Counted from the first letter of the stretch, positions 1-9,102 are shown. The stretch: DNA of 62,712 nt from Microgenomates group bacterium Gr01-1014_16 (GCA_007376345.1 VMGA01000003.1:1-62712), one strand, 5' to 3'. Numbers and translations: made by a program. The notes: generated by a model from the letters alone, not told the origin.

Positions 1-73
1 TAAACAACGGGTCGTCCTCATGCGCGTCCGCGAATCCCAAACACGTCACAACTTTAATCAACTTGTCATCCAT
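1..73 (-). CDS. N-terminal fragment of an unidentified gene that continues past the window start
   Basis: ATG at 73 (minus) lies directly after the rpe stop. The open frame MDDKLIKVVTCLGFADAHEDDPLF runs off the left edge and is too short to identify. Confidence 0.25.
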   Translation of the reverse strand, partial: MDDKLIKVVTCLGFADAHEDDPLF

Positions 74-74
74 C

Positions 75-671
75 TCACCATTCTAACACCCGTCTCGCCC
101 CCACGGCTACCTCATCCGCCCCCGCCTCTTCCAGTATCTTCAAATGCTCTTTCTGTACCCCCCCATCCACGCAAATTTTAAATTTATATCCATTTATTCG
201 TCCTATCTGTCCTATTTGTCTTATTTTGTCCAATGTTGTTTTGTTAAATTCCTGCCCTCCAAACCCTGGCTCTACTGACATTACAACTACATATTTCAGC
301 TTGGGTAAATAAGGTTTAATTGCCTCAACCGGCGAATGTATATCCAGCGCCAGGGCCGAAAAATCCTCCGGCCGCGAAATACTTTCCATCTGGGCGATGA
401 TCCGATCAAATCCAACGTTTTTCGCCTCCTGGACATATTTATTTATATTTCTTTCAGTCACCATCAAATGAGCGTCGAACTTTAATTCCGGATATCTTTT
501 TACACTTTTACACTCTGATACTTTTACACTTTCGTTTGCAGCATACTCCCCGTCAATAAAATCAATCTGAACTCTCCCAAATTTCTTACTCTCGCCTATC
601 CTCCGCATCAGCTCACCAAACTCCACCGGATCATTAGTCAATATTGCCGGAATTATTTCCATAACTGCCAA
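75..671 (-). CDS. rpe: ribulose-phosphate 3-epimerase
   Basis: 198 aa. Motifs DAHLMV, MSVEPGFGGQEF and CVDGG are typical of the Rpe TIM barrel. The gene sits in a sugar-phosphate operon. Confidence 0.8.
   Translation of the reverse strand: MAVMEIIPAILTNDPVEFGELMRRIGESKKFGRVQIDFIDGEYAANESVKVSECKSVKRYPELKFDAHLMVTERNINKYVQEAKNVGFDRIIAQMESISRPEDFSALALDIHSPVEAIKPYLPKLKYVVVMSVEPGFGGQEFNKTTLDKIRQIGQIGRINGYKFKICVDGGVQKEHLKILEEAGADEVAVGARRVLEW
496..534 (+). repeat. TTTTACAC-type tract, in-frame in rpe (a minus-strand gene)
   Basis: ctttttacacttttacactctgatacttttacactttcg, encoding ESVKVSECKSVKRY. Confidence 0.75.
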
Positions 672-1114
672 AACTCCTCCAATGCCATTTCCTGCACCTC
701 CTCTAAATGAATCTCCGGCCTGTTTTGTCCAATAAACTCAACCGCCCCTTCCACTGTCTTTTTCTCATACCTGATCAAATACGCCGCCACCATTGTCGGG
801 CTTCGGCTGTGCCCTTCCCGGCAATGCACGTACACAGTGTGTCCCGCGGTCACAATCTCACGCATGGCCGCCGTCCCCACCAGCAGCTGTCCCAGCTTTG
901 GCGCTGTTTTATCCATTACCGGCAACCACAAGTACACTTCCACTCCAGGTGTGGGCATTTCCACCCGCTCCATCTCCAAATTAATCTCCGCCATTATCCC
1001 CAGTTTTTTAAACTCCACCGAGTGCAATGGGCATTCCAGTCCCTTACACAAATCCGACCCGATATAAATCTGATTCGTTATTTTTGAATAATCTGTCAAA
1101 TGATCGTCCCTCAT
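653..1114 (-). CDS. dual-specificity / protein-tyrosine phosphatase-like protein
   Basis: P-loop VHCREGHSRSPT matches HCX5R(S/T). The start was moved to the ATG at 1114, which overlaps the gap stop as ATGA. Confidence 0.7.
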   Translation of the reverse strand: MRDDHLTDYSKITNQIYIGSDLCKGLECPLHSVEFKKLGIMAEINLEMERVEMPTPGVEVYLWLPVMDKTAPKLGQLLVGTAAMREIVTAGHTVYVHCREGHSRSPTMVAAYLIRYEKKTVEGAVEFIGQNRPEIHLEEVQEMALEEFWQLWK

Positions 1115-2160
1115 GCCTGTCCGAATTTTATCACCTGCTCTACTAACCTGTTGGTATACCCCCATTCGTTATCATACCAAACCACCACTTTCACCAAATC
1201 CCCGTCAATCACCTGCGTCAATTCAAGGTCTACTATCGCGCTATATGAACTACCTATCACATCCGAACTCACCAAATATTCCGGTACCCCATTTATCCCA
1301 CTTATCCCCATTATCCCCTCGTACTCCGGCCTTCCACTCGCCTCCACCAATACCTGATTCACTTCCTCCCTAGTTGTCTTTCTCTTTGTCACAAATACAA
1401 AATCCGCGATGGACCCCGTAATCACCGGTACTCGTAATGAAATCCCATCAAACAAGCCTTTAAGTTCCGGTATCACTTCCGTCGTGGCTATCGCCGCCCC
1501 CGTACTTGTTGGCACCACGTTCATCGCCGCCGCCCTCGCCCGCCGCAAATCTTTGTGCGACCCATCCTGCAATACCTGGTCATCGGTATACGCGTGTACC
1601 GTCGTCATCATGGCTTTAGCAATCCCGAATTTGGCATGTATAACAGCCGCTACCGGCGTCACGCAGTTCGTCGTACAGCTCGCATTAGAGATCACTTCCG
1701 CTTTCCCGTCAACCGTATTAACTCCCAGCACAAAAGTGCCTACATTCCCACCCTTGCTCGGCGCCGAAATTACTACTTTCTTCGCCCCGGCCTTGGCATG
1801 TTTTAGCGCTCCCAACTCATCCGTAAATTTCCCCGTACATTCCATCACCACGTCTACCCCATATTTGCCCCATGGCAACTTCTCCGGATCTTTTTGCGCC
1901 AACACCGGGATCTTCAAATACATACTCGGAACAACTAAATAGCCAATCAGCGGATCTTCAATTTTTTCTTCACTCGCCACTGGAATCTCAAACTTTCTGT
2001 ATGTCGTGTCCTGGTTCACCAAATGCGCCCATCCCATCACATTCATCGACCCGCTGGTATTAATCGCCACCACTTCCATCTCGTTAGCATGCTTCAGTAG
2101 CCACACCCTAAACGCCAGCCTCCCAATCCTCCCAAATCCATTGACAGCAACTTTGACCAT
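1111..2160 (-). CDS. gap: glyceraldehyde-3-phosphate dehydrogenase, type I
   Basis: 349 aa. N-terminal NGFGRIGR Rossmann motif and the catalytic SNASCTTNC motif. Confidence 0.95.
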   Translation of the reverse strand: MVKVAVNGFGRIGRLAFRVWLLKHANEMEVVAINTSGSMNVMGWAHLVNQDTTYRKFEIPVASEEKIEDPLIGYLVVPSMYLKIPVLAQKDPEKLPWGKYGVDVVMECTGKFTDELGALKHAKAGAKKVVISAPSKGGNVGTFVLGVNTVDGKAEVISNASCTTNCVTPVAAVIHAKFGIAKAMMTTVHAYTDDQVLQDGSHKDLRRARAAAMNVVPTSTGAAIATTEVIPELKGLFDGISLRVPVITGSIADFVFVTKRKTTREEVNQVLVEASGRPEYEGIMGISGINGVPEYLVSSDVIGSSYSAIVDLELTQVIDGDLVKVVVWYDNEWGYTNRLVEQVIKFGQA

Positions 2161-2181
2161 CGATCACAAGTATAAACATTT

Positions 2182-2217
2182 CCCCCTCTTAAGTTAAGAG
2201 GGGGATTAGGGGGTGTT
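2182..2217 (+). repeat. palindromic hairpin element, variant copy (E1)
   Basis: ccccctcttaagttaagagggggattagggggtgtta, lying between the pgk stop and the gap start. Confidence 0.6.
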
Positions 2218-3103
2218 ATGAAATCGCTTCAATCCCAACTAAAGTTCCCGTACTCAAATACTCCAACATTGCCCCACCGCCCACCGATATCCAATCAAAT
2301 TTTTCTGTCAGCCCAAACATGTCAATTGCTCTTTCAATATCTCCCCCCCCGGCTACTTTATAAGCGTGACTCCCAGCAATTGCATTCAAAACTTCTTTAG
2401 TTCCCCGGCTTGAGTTTTCATTTTCATATTTTCCCATCACCCCCGCCGCCAATATCACCTCAGCGCTCGAAATTTCATGAATATAATTATTGATAGCCTC
2501 GTCAGAAATATCCAGCCCGTCCGGCCGCAAGTCCACTCCCACCAGTAATCCTCCTTTCAACACAGCAGCAAACCTATTCCCCATTTTATCCGCGAATTTT
2601 TGTTTCTCCTCGACTTTTACTCCACCAATCACCAAAATTCTCTTCCCCGGCTTCTCCCATATTTGACCTAACTTCTCTATCTCTATCCCAAATCTCAAGC
2701 CTATTACTATTTCTTTACCCTGCTTTTTCATCAACTTTGGCAGAGCATCAATCGACGCGTGGTCCCTGTGGCTCGTTGCGAATGCCTCGTTTACATATAC
2801 ATCCCACCCCTCGGCCAACTGCTCGGCAAATTTCTCACTATTTCCCTTCTCTCCGGGATTATCCCGCAACCTATCATCAAACTCCGCTCTGGGAAATTCA
2901 ACCCGCAAATCATCCACCACCCGGTATTTCGTCTCCGTGTGCCCAATTACCTTAATCTTTTTTGCACCCTTTTCCAGCAAATATTTCACCACTTGTCTCA
3001 CCGACTCCGTCCGCAGGTTGTCTTTATCATCCACATCCAAATCCCCCCGTACTAATATGTTTTTTTCGGAAAAATTAATATCCTTGACTGTTAATAAATT
3101 CAT
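2216..3103 (-). CDS. pgk: phosphoglycerate kinase, unusually short (295 aa)
   Basis: PGK motifs are present in order: RGDLDV, NEAFATSHRDHAS, GGVKVEEK, GGGD, GGGAMLEYL. The protein is about 100 aa shorter than canonical PGK. Confidence 0.75.
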   Translation of the reverse strand: MNLLTVKDINFSEKNILVRGDLDVDDKDNLRTESVRQVVKYLLEKGAKKIKVIGHTETKYRVVDDLRVEFPRAEFDDRLRDNPGEKGNSEKFAEQLAEGWDVYVNEAFATSHRDHASIDALPKLMKKQGKEIVIGLRFGIEIEKLGQIWEKPGKRILVIGGVKVEEKQKFADKMGNRFAAVLKGGLLVGVDLRPDGLDISDEAINNYIHEISSAEVILAAGVMGKYENENSSRGTKEVLNAIAGSHAYKVAGGGDIERAIDMFGLTEKFDWISVGGGAMLEYLSTGTLVGIEAIS

Positions 3104-3143
3104 TTTGGTTCCCCTCTCCGGATAATACCCCTTCCTTTTGGTT

Positions 3144-3183
3144 TCCCTCCCCTAAATTAGGGGAGGGATTAAAGGGTGAGGTA
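3144..3183 (+). repeat. palindromic hairpin element (E2)
   Basis: tccctcccctaaattaggggagggattaaagggtgaggta, lying between the rpiB stop and the pgk start. A half-copy (cccctctccgg) at 3108-3120 provides the pgk SD. Confidence 0.7.
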
Positions 3184-3221
3184 TTATTCGGGTCAGGGGT
3201 GAGGTGATATAAAAATCGAGA

Positions 3222-3692
3222 TCAGGTTTTATTATGTTTCTCAAAGACAGCCCCCTCATACCTGGCTATTTTTTCAATCCTCCTCATATAACGCTCGCTT
3301 TTGACAAACTCCGTCTCCAAAAACCGCTCCACCAGTTTCAATGCTTCTTCCTCGGTTACGTTGTCCGATGCCAGCGCCAATACATTTATATTGTCATCCT
3401 TTCTGCCCGCGTACACTTGATCCGCTTCAAATCCCAATCCGCACCGCACTCCCCTCACTTTGTTCGCCGCAATTTCTACCCCCACTCCCGATCCGCACAA
3501 CACTATTCCCATATTTTTGTCCGGCGACTGGACCACCCGCTGCGCCACGTCAATCGCATAGTCCGCGTAATCATCTCCATGGTCGTAACTAAACGCCCCC
3601 ACATCCTCAAACTCATACCCCCGCCCCTTCATCCAGCGGTCAATCGTCGCCTTCATCTCAAACCCCCGATGATCAGCTCCGATATAAATCAT
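3222..3692 (-). CDS. rpiB: ribose-5-phosphate isomerase B
   Basis: 156 aa. IGADHRGFE and LCGSGVGVEIAANK are typical of RpiB/LacAB. Confidence 0.9.
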   Translation of the reverse strand: MIYIGADHRGFEMKATIDRWMKGRGYEFEDVGAFSYDHGDDYADYAIDVAQRVVQSPDKNMGIVLCGSGVGVEIAANKVRGVRCGLGFEADQVYAGRKDDNINVLALASDNVTEEEALKLVERFLETEFVKSERYMRRIEKIARYEGAVFEKHNKT

Positions 3693-3967
3693 ACTTTCAA
3701 GCTTACCGTCAGTTTACCCCCCAGCGCCCCCGCTAGCCTTTCCAAGAATGATAACGTCGGCTTGGTCTGGGCGTTTTCCACCCGGGAAATAACCGACTGC
3801 TTAGTCTTCATTTTACGCGCCAACTGCGCCTGTGTCATCTTCTTCTCAATCCGGGCCTTAATTAATGCTCTCGCCACTTCATACTCCAACCTGGTTTTCT
3901 CCCAAGCCTTCCTAAATTCCGGATCCTTCATCAAAATTTTCCTGTGTTCTTCCCACGTCATCGGCAT
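3689..3967 (-). CDS. XRE-family HTH antitoxin (HigA-like)
   Basis: HTH MTQAQLARKMKTKQSVISRVENAQTKPTLSFLERLA. It lies immediately downstream of a Gp49/HigB-like toxin. Confidence 0.8.
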   Translation of the reverse strand: MPMTWEEHRKILMKDPEFRKAWEKTRLEYEVARALIKARIEKKMTQAQLARKMKTKQSVISRVENAQTKPTLSFLERLAGALGGKLTVSLKV

Positions 3968-3999
3968 ACCTCACAAAATATCACAATATTGCGATAAAG

Positions 4000-4347
4000 T
4001 CAATGTCTCAATTTGTAATCAACCAACCGCTTCATGGCAATGGACATTTCTTTTTCTGGTGTTTTCTGGGTTTTCTTTACAAACCCGTGCAGTAGCAAAA
4101 ATATCTTTCCGCTTTTAGCTAAGTACAAAATTCTGGTTGCTACTTCACCACTAGTCCGTAACTCCCACAAGCCAGTCCCTTTCAATTTCTTTACATGAGG
4201 CGCTCCCACCATGACACCGAATTCCCTCATCAAATCCAGAACGGAATAAACTTTAGTCCTCGGATCCACTGGCAAACCAAGAATGAAATCCTCAACCGGC
4301 CTCTCGCCTCTTGCGTTCTCGTAATACTCAATCTCCCATTTTTCCAC
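4000..4347 (-). CDS. Gp49/HigB-like RelE-superfamily toxin
   Basis: LWELRTSG..RILY..LLHGFVKKTQKTPEKE. It is a paralogue of 56445..56753. Confidence 0.75.
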   Translation of the reverse strand: MEKWEIEYYENARGERPVEDFILGLPVDPRTKVYSVLDLMREFGVMVGAPHVKKLKGTGLWELRTSGEVATRILYLAKSGKIFLLLHGFVKKTQKTPEKEMSIAMKRLVDYKLRH

Positions 4348-4352
4348 TACCC

Positions 4353-5081
4353 TTATCTTAGTACATACCCCCCGTTAATATCTAGGCACGCCCCCGTTAT
4401 GTGTCCCGCCTCCTCGCTGGCCAAAAAATATATCCCATTCGCCACATCTTCCGGCTGAGCGATCTTTTTAAGCAAAGTGGCATTAATTAAAAACTCTTTT
4501 CTATCAGCATCATAGTTTTTCATCATATCCGTATCCGTCGCCCCTGGCGCTACCGCATTTACTCGTATTTTTGGAGCCATCACTTTTGCCAAACTTTTGG
4601 TAAACCCCAAAATCGCCGCTTTAGTTGCAGAATACATAGGATCAGTCCCCCCAACTTGAGCTACAGTAGAACTCACACTTATTATCGAACCGGATTCCAT
4701 CTTAGCTAGCACCGACTTTGTACACCAATACACCCCTTTTTCGTTAATTCCTATCATTTCATCAATCATCTTTTCATCTACGTTAGGATATTTCTTATAC
4801 CCAAAAATTCCTGCATTGTTCACCAAACAATCTATTCTCCCAAAATCAGCGAATGCCTGATCAAACGCCTTTTGAACACTACTCGCGTCAGCCACATCAC
4901 ACTGGTAGTATTTCACAGTTTCAGTATTTTCAATTCTTGTTTGTTTATAAAACCCCGCCACATTCCAACCATTATCAGAAAATTTCCTAACACACGCCGC
5001 CCCGATCCCCCTGCTCGCCCCAGTAATAAATACTACCTTCCTGTCCATCAATCGGTAGTATACCCCTGCCTGCTTACCCAA
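4353..5081 (-). CDS. short-chain dehydrogenase/reductase (FabG-like)
   Basis: TGASRGIG cofactor motif, NNAG, and a YSATK catalytic YxxxK. Confidence 0.85.
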   Translation of the reverse strand: MGKQAGVYYRLMDRKVVFITGASRGIGAACVRKFSDNGWNVAGFYKQTRIENTETVKYYQCDVADASSVQKAFDQAFADFGRIDCLVNNAGIFGYKKYPNVDEKMIDEMIGINEKGVYWCTKSVLAKMESGSIISVSSTVAQVGGTDPMYSATKAAILGFTKSLAKVMAPKIRVNAVAPGATDTDMMKNYDADRKEFLINATLLKKIAQPEDVANGIYFLASEEAGHITGACLDINGGYVLR

Positions 5082-5340
5082 GCAATCTCTCCAACAATTT
5101 GTACACTTCTTTTCTGTGTCCGATTACCAATACGCACACTTCATCAATAGTTTTCCTATATACAATCCTATAATCACCAACTCTAACTCTATACGCGTTT
5201 TTATAGCCGCTTAATACTTCCACATTAGATACCATCTCGCCGATTGCCAAGGATCTTATTTTTTGACTTATGATTAGTTGCTTGAATTTCGGTAACCCCT
5301 TAAGCTGTTTCTTCGCCGAACCCAAAATCGTCAACTTCAT
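5074..5340 (-). CDS. RelE/ParE-family toxin
   Basis: YRVRVGDYRIVYRK..VLVIGHRKEVY. It overlaps the upstream antitoxin by 4 nt. Confidence 0.8.
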   Translation of the reverse strand: MKLTILGSAKKQLKGLPKFKQLIISQKIRSLAIGEMVSNVEVLSGYKNAYRVRVGDYRIVYRKTIDEVCVLVIGHRKEVYKLLERLLG

Positions 5341-5576
5341 ATTCCCAATTTTTTTGCCACCTTTTCAAAATCTTCGGCTGTAGAAAAATCAGCCGTTTCT
5401 ACTGCCCGTCTATCCATAAAATCTTCTACATATCGTTCTAATCTCTCAAACAAGTCCTTTCCCACCAAATATGCCTTCACTTCACCTCTGTTTTCAACTG
5501 CCACTGGATAGTCTCCGGACGCCAAAATAGCCTTAGCGGGATTTATTTTCAATTGACTTATCGATAAAGAGGTCAT
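5337..5576 (-). CDS. Phd/YefM-type antitoxin
   Basis: 79 aa, located upstream of and overlapping the RelE-like toxin. The N-terminus resembles Phd/YefM (ISQLKINPAKAI..YPVAVENRGEVKAYLV). Confidence 0.7.
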   Translation of the reverse strand: MTSLSISQLKINPAKAILASGDYPVAVENRGEVKAYLVGKDLFERLERYVEDFMDRRAVETADFSTAEDFEKVAKKLGI

Positions 5577-5627
5577 AAATAAATATTAAACTCAAACAGG
5601 TCTCATGTCAAGACCATTAAACAGGTC

Positions 5628-6272
5628 TTATCTAAACGCCTCCGCCAGTTTTCTTAATTGATATTCAGGATCTTCGGCCAAAACCACATTTGTCGCCAGC
5701 AGTACTCCTTTTGCCCCCAGCTTAACTCCCACTTTTATATCCTCCGGACTATGCACCCCCGCCCCGATTAAAACCGGTGTTTTCAACATTTTTACAACCT
5801 TCTCCACCACCTCTGGTTTCTCACTCGCCACCGATTTGTCTGTACTCCCAATAAGTTCCGGCGGCTCATAAGCTATATAGTTTGGTTCCAACCTATCCAA
5901 TTCCACCGCCTCGTTTTCATCCGCCGCGCACAAACATAATTCAAACGCCATCCCTCGCGTCTGGTCGGCAATATTTTTCACCAAATCAAAAGCCAATTTA
6001 TGTTCAGAATGATTAAGTAATGTCCCCCTCGCCCCTGCTTCCTCCACATCCTCAACCGTAATCCATCCGGTCTTTTTCCCCTGTTCGACAGTATCTACAT
6101 GCTGTACCCAGCATTCCGCCCCCGTTTCCACGCAGTTGCGCAAATCCGCCACCTGCGGTACCGCCACAATTCTCACTTTCGTTTCCTCCTGCACCCTCCG
6201 GCAAATCTGCGCCAACCGCACCGCCGCATACCCCGTCCCCTCCTTATACGTTTTAAAGTTCACCACTATCAT
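5628..6272 (-). CDS. tpiA: triosephosphate isomerase, archaeal-type (about 214 aa)
   Basis: VNFKTY, GTLLNHSEH, YEPPELIG, GAG. Length and motifs match the short archaeal TIM class. Confidence 0.85.
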   Translation of the reverse strand: MIVVNFKTYKEGTGYAAVRLAQICRRVQEETKVRIVAVPQVADLRNCVETGAECWVQHVDTVEQGKKTGWITVEDVEEAGARGTLLNHSEHKLAFDLVKNIADQTRGMAFELCLCAADENEAVELDRLEPNYIAYEPPELIGSTDKSVASEKPEVVEKVVKMLKTPVLIGAGVHSPEDIKVGVKLGAKGVLLATNVVLAEDPEYQLRKLAEAFR

Positions 6273-6316
6273 GTCCTCATCTTACTGTGCAACTGTGCAA
6301 CTGTGCAACTGAAAAA

Positions 6317-6826
6317 CTATTCCACAATCAGCTTTCCCACCATTCCCATCGCCCTGTGGTTCCCGACCGAACAGTAATACTCAAAAGTACCCACTTTATC
6401 AGCTGTAAATTCCACTTCCTCTTCTTCCCCTTCCCCGATTTGGTTCGTCCTTACGTCAAACTCGTCAATCACAAAATCGTGCGTCCCCTGCATATTCTTA
6501 AACACCACTCTCACGGTATCTCCTTTTTTCACCCTCAACACCGTCGGCAAAAACTTAAACGGACTCCCCTCCACTACAAACTCTTTTATTACCTCCCCAG
6601 CCTCCATCGTCGTTTCTTCAGCGGGCAACACGGTAGGCTCAATTGCCACTTCCGTCACTGTTGGTGGGTTTACGTTTTGAGTTCTTGAATTTCTCAGCAT
6701 TAAAACTCCACCCACAACTACCACCAACCCAACTATTCCCAACACCACCCACATCCCCACCCCCTTCTTTTCCCCTTCCACCACCGGCTGTACTTGGTTT
6801 TCTTCCATGTCCAAGTACTTAATCAT
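6317..6826 (-). CDS. membrane-anchored cupredoxin (plastocyanin/azurin-like blue copper protein)
   Basis: N-terminal TM helix followed by a cupredoxin domain. Candidate type-1 Cu ligands are GTHDF ... YYCSVGNHRAMGM (H, C, H, M). Confidence 0.7.
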   Translation of the reverse strand: MIKYLDMEENQVQPVVEGEKKGVGMWVVLGIVGLVVVVGGVLMLRNSRTQNVNPPTVTEVAIEPTVLPAEETTMEAGEVIKEFVVEGSPFKFLPTVLRVKKGDTVRVVFKNMQGTHDFVIDEFDVRTNQIGEGEEEEVEFTADKVGTFEYYCSVGNHRAMGMVGKLIVE

Positions 6827-6873
6827 ATTGCGTCCGTCTTGACAACCCCCAATTTCGACCTCACAATAACTTC

Positions 6874-7416
6874 ATGTTCCGTCTATTCGCTATTCTCTCA
6901 CTTACACTTCTACACTTCTACACTTTTACACTTTCGGCTGCGTCAGCAGCCGACCCGGATCTGGTTATTCTCTCCCCCACCAAAGGCCAAATCCTTCCCG
7001 GTCACGAACTTTCCGTCCAGTTCCTCACCCCGGACTTTACCTTGCCGAAAGCAGGCCATATCCACGTTTGGCTGGATCAAACCCCACTCACCAAAACATC
7101 CGCTATCAAGGTCTACTCTTCTTCCCACACTCTCACCAACCTCAAATACGGCTATCATACTCTAACCGCCGAGTTGGTCCAACCCGACCATTCCTCTTTC
7201 TCACCCGCTCTGATCTCCTCCGTTACCTTCAAGCTCAACCCTCCCTCCATGTTTCCTAAGTCTACCCCACCCGTCGGTCTTCCCCCCCTCCATCTCGCCT
7301 TCACCATTATAATTCTTTTGGCCGCCGCCTTCTATTTAGTCTCCAAACAACGGGAATCGTTCACAAAAAAGCCCGTCAAAACATCCAAACCCAAGTCAAA
7401 ATCAAAAAGACACTAA
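6874..7416 (+). CDS. hypothetical secreted protein with a C-terminal TM anchor and basic tail
   Basis: Signal peptide ending AASA, a C-terminal hydrophobic helix, and a KPKSKSKRH tail. Confidence 0.5.
   Translation: MFRLFAILSLTLLHFYTFTLSAASAADPDLVILSPTKGQILPGHELSVQFLTPDFTLPKAGHIHVWLDQTPLTKTSAIKVYSSSHTLTNLKYGYHTLTAELVQPDHSSFSPALISSVTFKLNPPSMFPKSTPPVGLPPLHLAFTIIILLAAAFYLVSKQRESFTKKPVKTSKPKSKSKRH
6901..6936 (+). repeat. TTCTACAC/TTTTACAC tract forming the signal-peptide core of 6874..7416
   Basis: Encodes LTLLHFYTFTLS. Confidence 0.75.
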
Positions 7417-7851
7417 GCTCTTCGCGATTTCTCCGGCCAGCCCTTCCATTGGACTGATTATTTTTATAAACACGTCACCTTTTTTCGTCAGTGCTGTCTG
7501 ATTACCGTCCTTAGTCAGTACTGTAACATTCGTGCTAACGTGGTCCGGCTCTCTGTCAAGTTTTCCCAGCCTAGCCACTTCCTCATCCACCAAATCCGGC
7601 AAGTTCTTCCCAGACTTCTCAATCTTCAAGTTCTTCTCAATTTCCCAATCTGCCGGATACTTTAACCTTATCCCCAGCTCATCATTCTGATAAATCTCCG
7701 TCAATTGAACATTGAACATTGAACTTTGAACATTTATTTTTGGACCTTTCCCATATTCCCTAATTTCTTCTCTTCTCCAGCTTTTATAATCCCAAACCGA
7801 AAACCCCACCCCCACTACCAGCAAAAGTGCTACAATTATCTTTAGTCGCAT
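7402..7851 (-). CDS. hypothetical membrane-anchored protein
   Basis: Start moved to MRLKIIVALLLVVGVG (a TM helix). The gene contains a TTGAACA tract encoding SSMFNVQL. Confidence 0.45.
   Translation of the reverse strand: MRLKIIVALLLVVGVGFSVWDYKSWRREEIREYGKGPKINVQSSMFNVQLTEIYQNDELGIRLKYPADWEIEKNLKIEKSGKNLPDLVDEEVARLGKLDREPDHVSTNVTVLTKDGNQTALTKKGDVFIKIISPMEGLAGEIAKSLVSF
7704..7734 (+). repeat. TTGAACA-type heptamer tract, in-frame in 7402..7851
   Basis: attgaacattgaacattgaactttgaacatt, encoding VQSSMFNVQL. Confidence 0.85.
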
Positions 7852-7852
7852 T

Positions 7853-8224
7853 ATGAAAGTAATTTTATCACTTCTGTTACTGTTACTGTTTACTTCGCCC
7901 GCCATAGCTTTAGCGGCGGCGGGTCCGGATGCTTCTCTTCGCACCGATCCCACCCACCGCTACGTTTTCCTGACTTTCTCCAACCTCCAAACAGCATCCA
8001 AAGTCAGCTATTCCCTGACCTACGAAACAAATAGCGTCACCAAAGGATTGGAGGGGGGCTTCAGGCTATTTGGCCGCCAGCGCCGCTCCGTCCGCCGCCA
8101 AATATTAGGCACCTGTTCGTCCGGCAAATGCGTTTTCCACGCCAACCCCCACTCCCTCCAGCTCAACGTCACCTTTACTCTCAAATCCGGCCTTACCACA
8201 ACAATTTCTAAATCTTTACAGTGA
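7853..8224 (+). CDS. hypothetical secreted protein
   Basis: Clear signal peptide MKVILSLLLLLLFTSPAIALAAA. It is divergent from 7402..7851 with a 1-nt spacer. Confidence 0.45.
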   Translation: MKVILSLLLLLLFTSPAIALAAAGPDASLRTDPTHRYVFLTFSNLQTASKVSYSLTYETNSVTKGLEGGFRLFGRQRRSVRRQILGTCSSGKCVFHANPHSLQLNVTFTLKSGLTTTISKSLQ

Positions 8225-8268
8225 TTGAGCATTGAACATTGAACATTGAACATTGAACATTGAATATT
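8224..8268 (+). repeat. TTGAACA-type heptamer tract (about 6 units), intergenic
   Basis: attgagcattgaacattgaacattgaacattgaacattgaatatt. Confidence 0.9.
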
Positions 8269-8273
8269 AAAGT

Positions 8274-8456
8274 ATGATCCCCCTCTACGGCCGGCCTCCC
8301 ACTACCTTAGAGCGCCTCAAAGACTACTTTACCTCCCGCTCACCCTACTGGTTAATCAAATTTTTCCGCTTCCTGGCCAAAATCGTCGAAATCGCTATTC
8401 GTTTTGTCATCGGTCTTTTCCAGGAAGCTATCCGTACTTTCCAAGGCAAGTACTAA
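8274..8456 (+). CDS. small hypothetical protein
   Basis: 60-aa ORF with an amphipathic/hydrophobic C-terminus. No homology recognised. Confidence 0.3.
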   Translation: MIPLYGRPPTTLERLKDYFTSRSPYWLIKFFRFLAKIVEIAIRFVIGLFQEAIRTFQGKY

Positions 8457-8457
8457 G

Positions 8458-9102
8458 CTATAAACCGGGCGGGACATTCTTCTTCGACCCCAAACTCGAT
8501 ACCAGAACCACTACCACAATCGCCCCGATCCCCAGTACAAACGCCACCCCCAATACTCTCAATATCGTCACTCCCAGTTGAACTCCCTTGGCTGCAACCC
8601 GTTCAGGCGCCTGCCCCTCCGAAGCCCCCGTAGGGCGAAGGGGGGTTACCTCTCCAAAAACCACCGATGTAGGCGTGGGCACCCCCGGCTCCACTTCCAA
8701 AAATCCAATTGGCCGCACCGTTCCCCTCATTACAATTGGACCCATCTTCTGATTAAACCCCTGTTGTCTTCCTTCTTTAGTTACCCATGCCTCCGAAAAT
8801 TTTGACCGGACGTCAAACTCCGCCTTTCCCACTCCCAACACCCCCAACCTCTCCGGATCTTTCCCGCTTACCGGTATTATCCACAAAGCGTAATCAAATA
8901 CATCTTCGTCCGAAGCCGGATACGTCAAATCCCGGCAGCTCACAATCAGCCTGTAATTAAATGTCTTTAAAAGCACCGACCCCATCCAGCATCTGGCCGG
9001 CTCTCCCTCCGTGTTTCTCAGCTCCACTGTCCCCTCACTCGCCGCAACGCTTCCCGCCATCAAAAGTCCCGTTATCAAAAACCCTCCCACCCACTTCTTC
9101 AT
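8458..9102 (-). CDS. hypothetical secreted protein with a C-terminal TM anchor
   Basis: Start moved to MKKWVGGFLITGLLMAGSVAASEG (signal peptide). C-terminal TM helix VLGVAFVLGIGAIVVVVLV. Confidence 0.5.
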   Translation of the reverse strand: MKKWVGGFLITGLLMAGSVAASEGTVELRNTEGEPARCWMGSVLLKTFNYRLIVSCRDLTYPASDEDVFDYALWIIPVSGKDPERLGVLGVGKAEFDVRSKFSEAWVTKEGRQQGFNQKMGPIVMRGTVRPIGFLEVEPGVPTPTSVVFGEVTPLRPTGASEGQAPERVAAKGVQLGVTILRVLGVAFVLGIGAIVVVVLVSSLGSKKNVPPGL

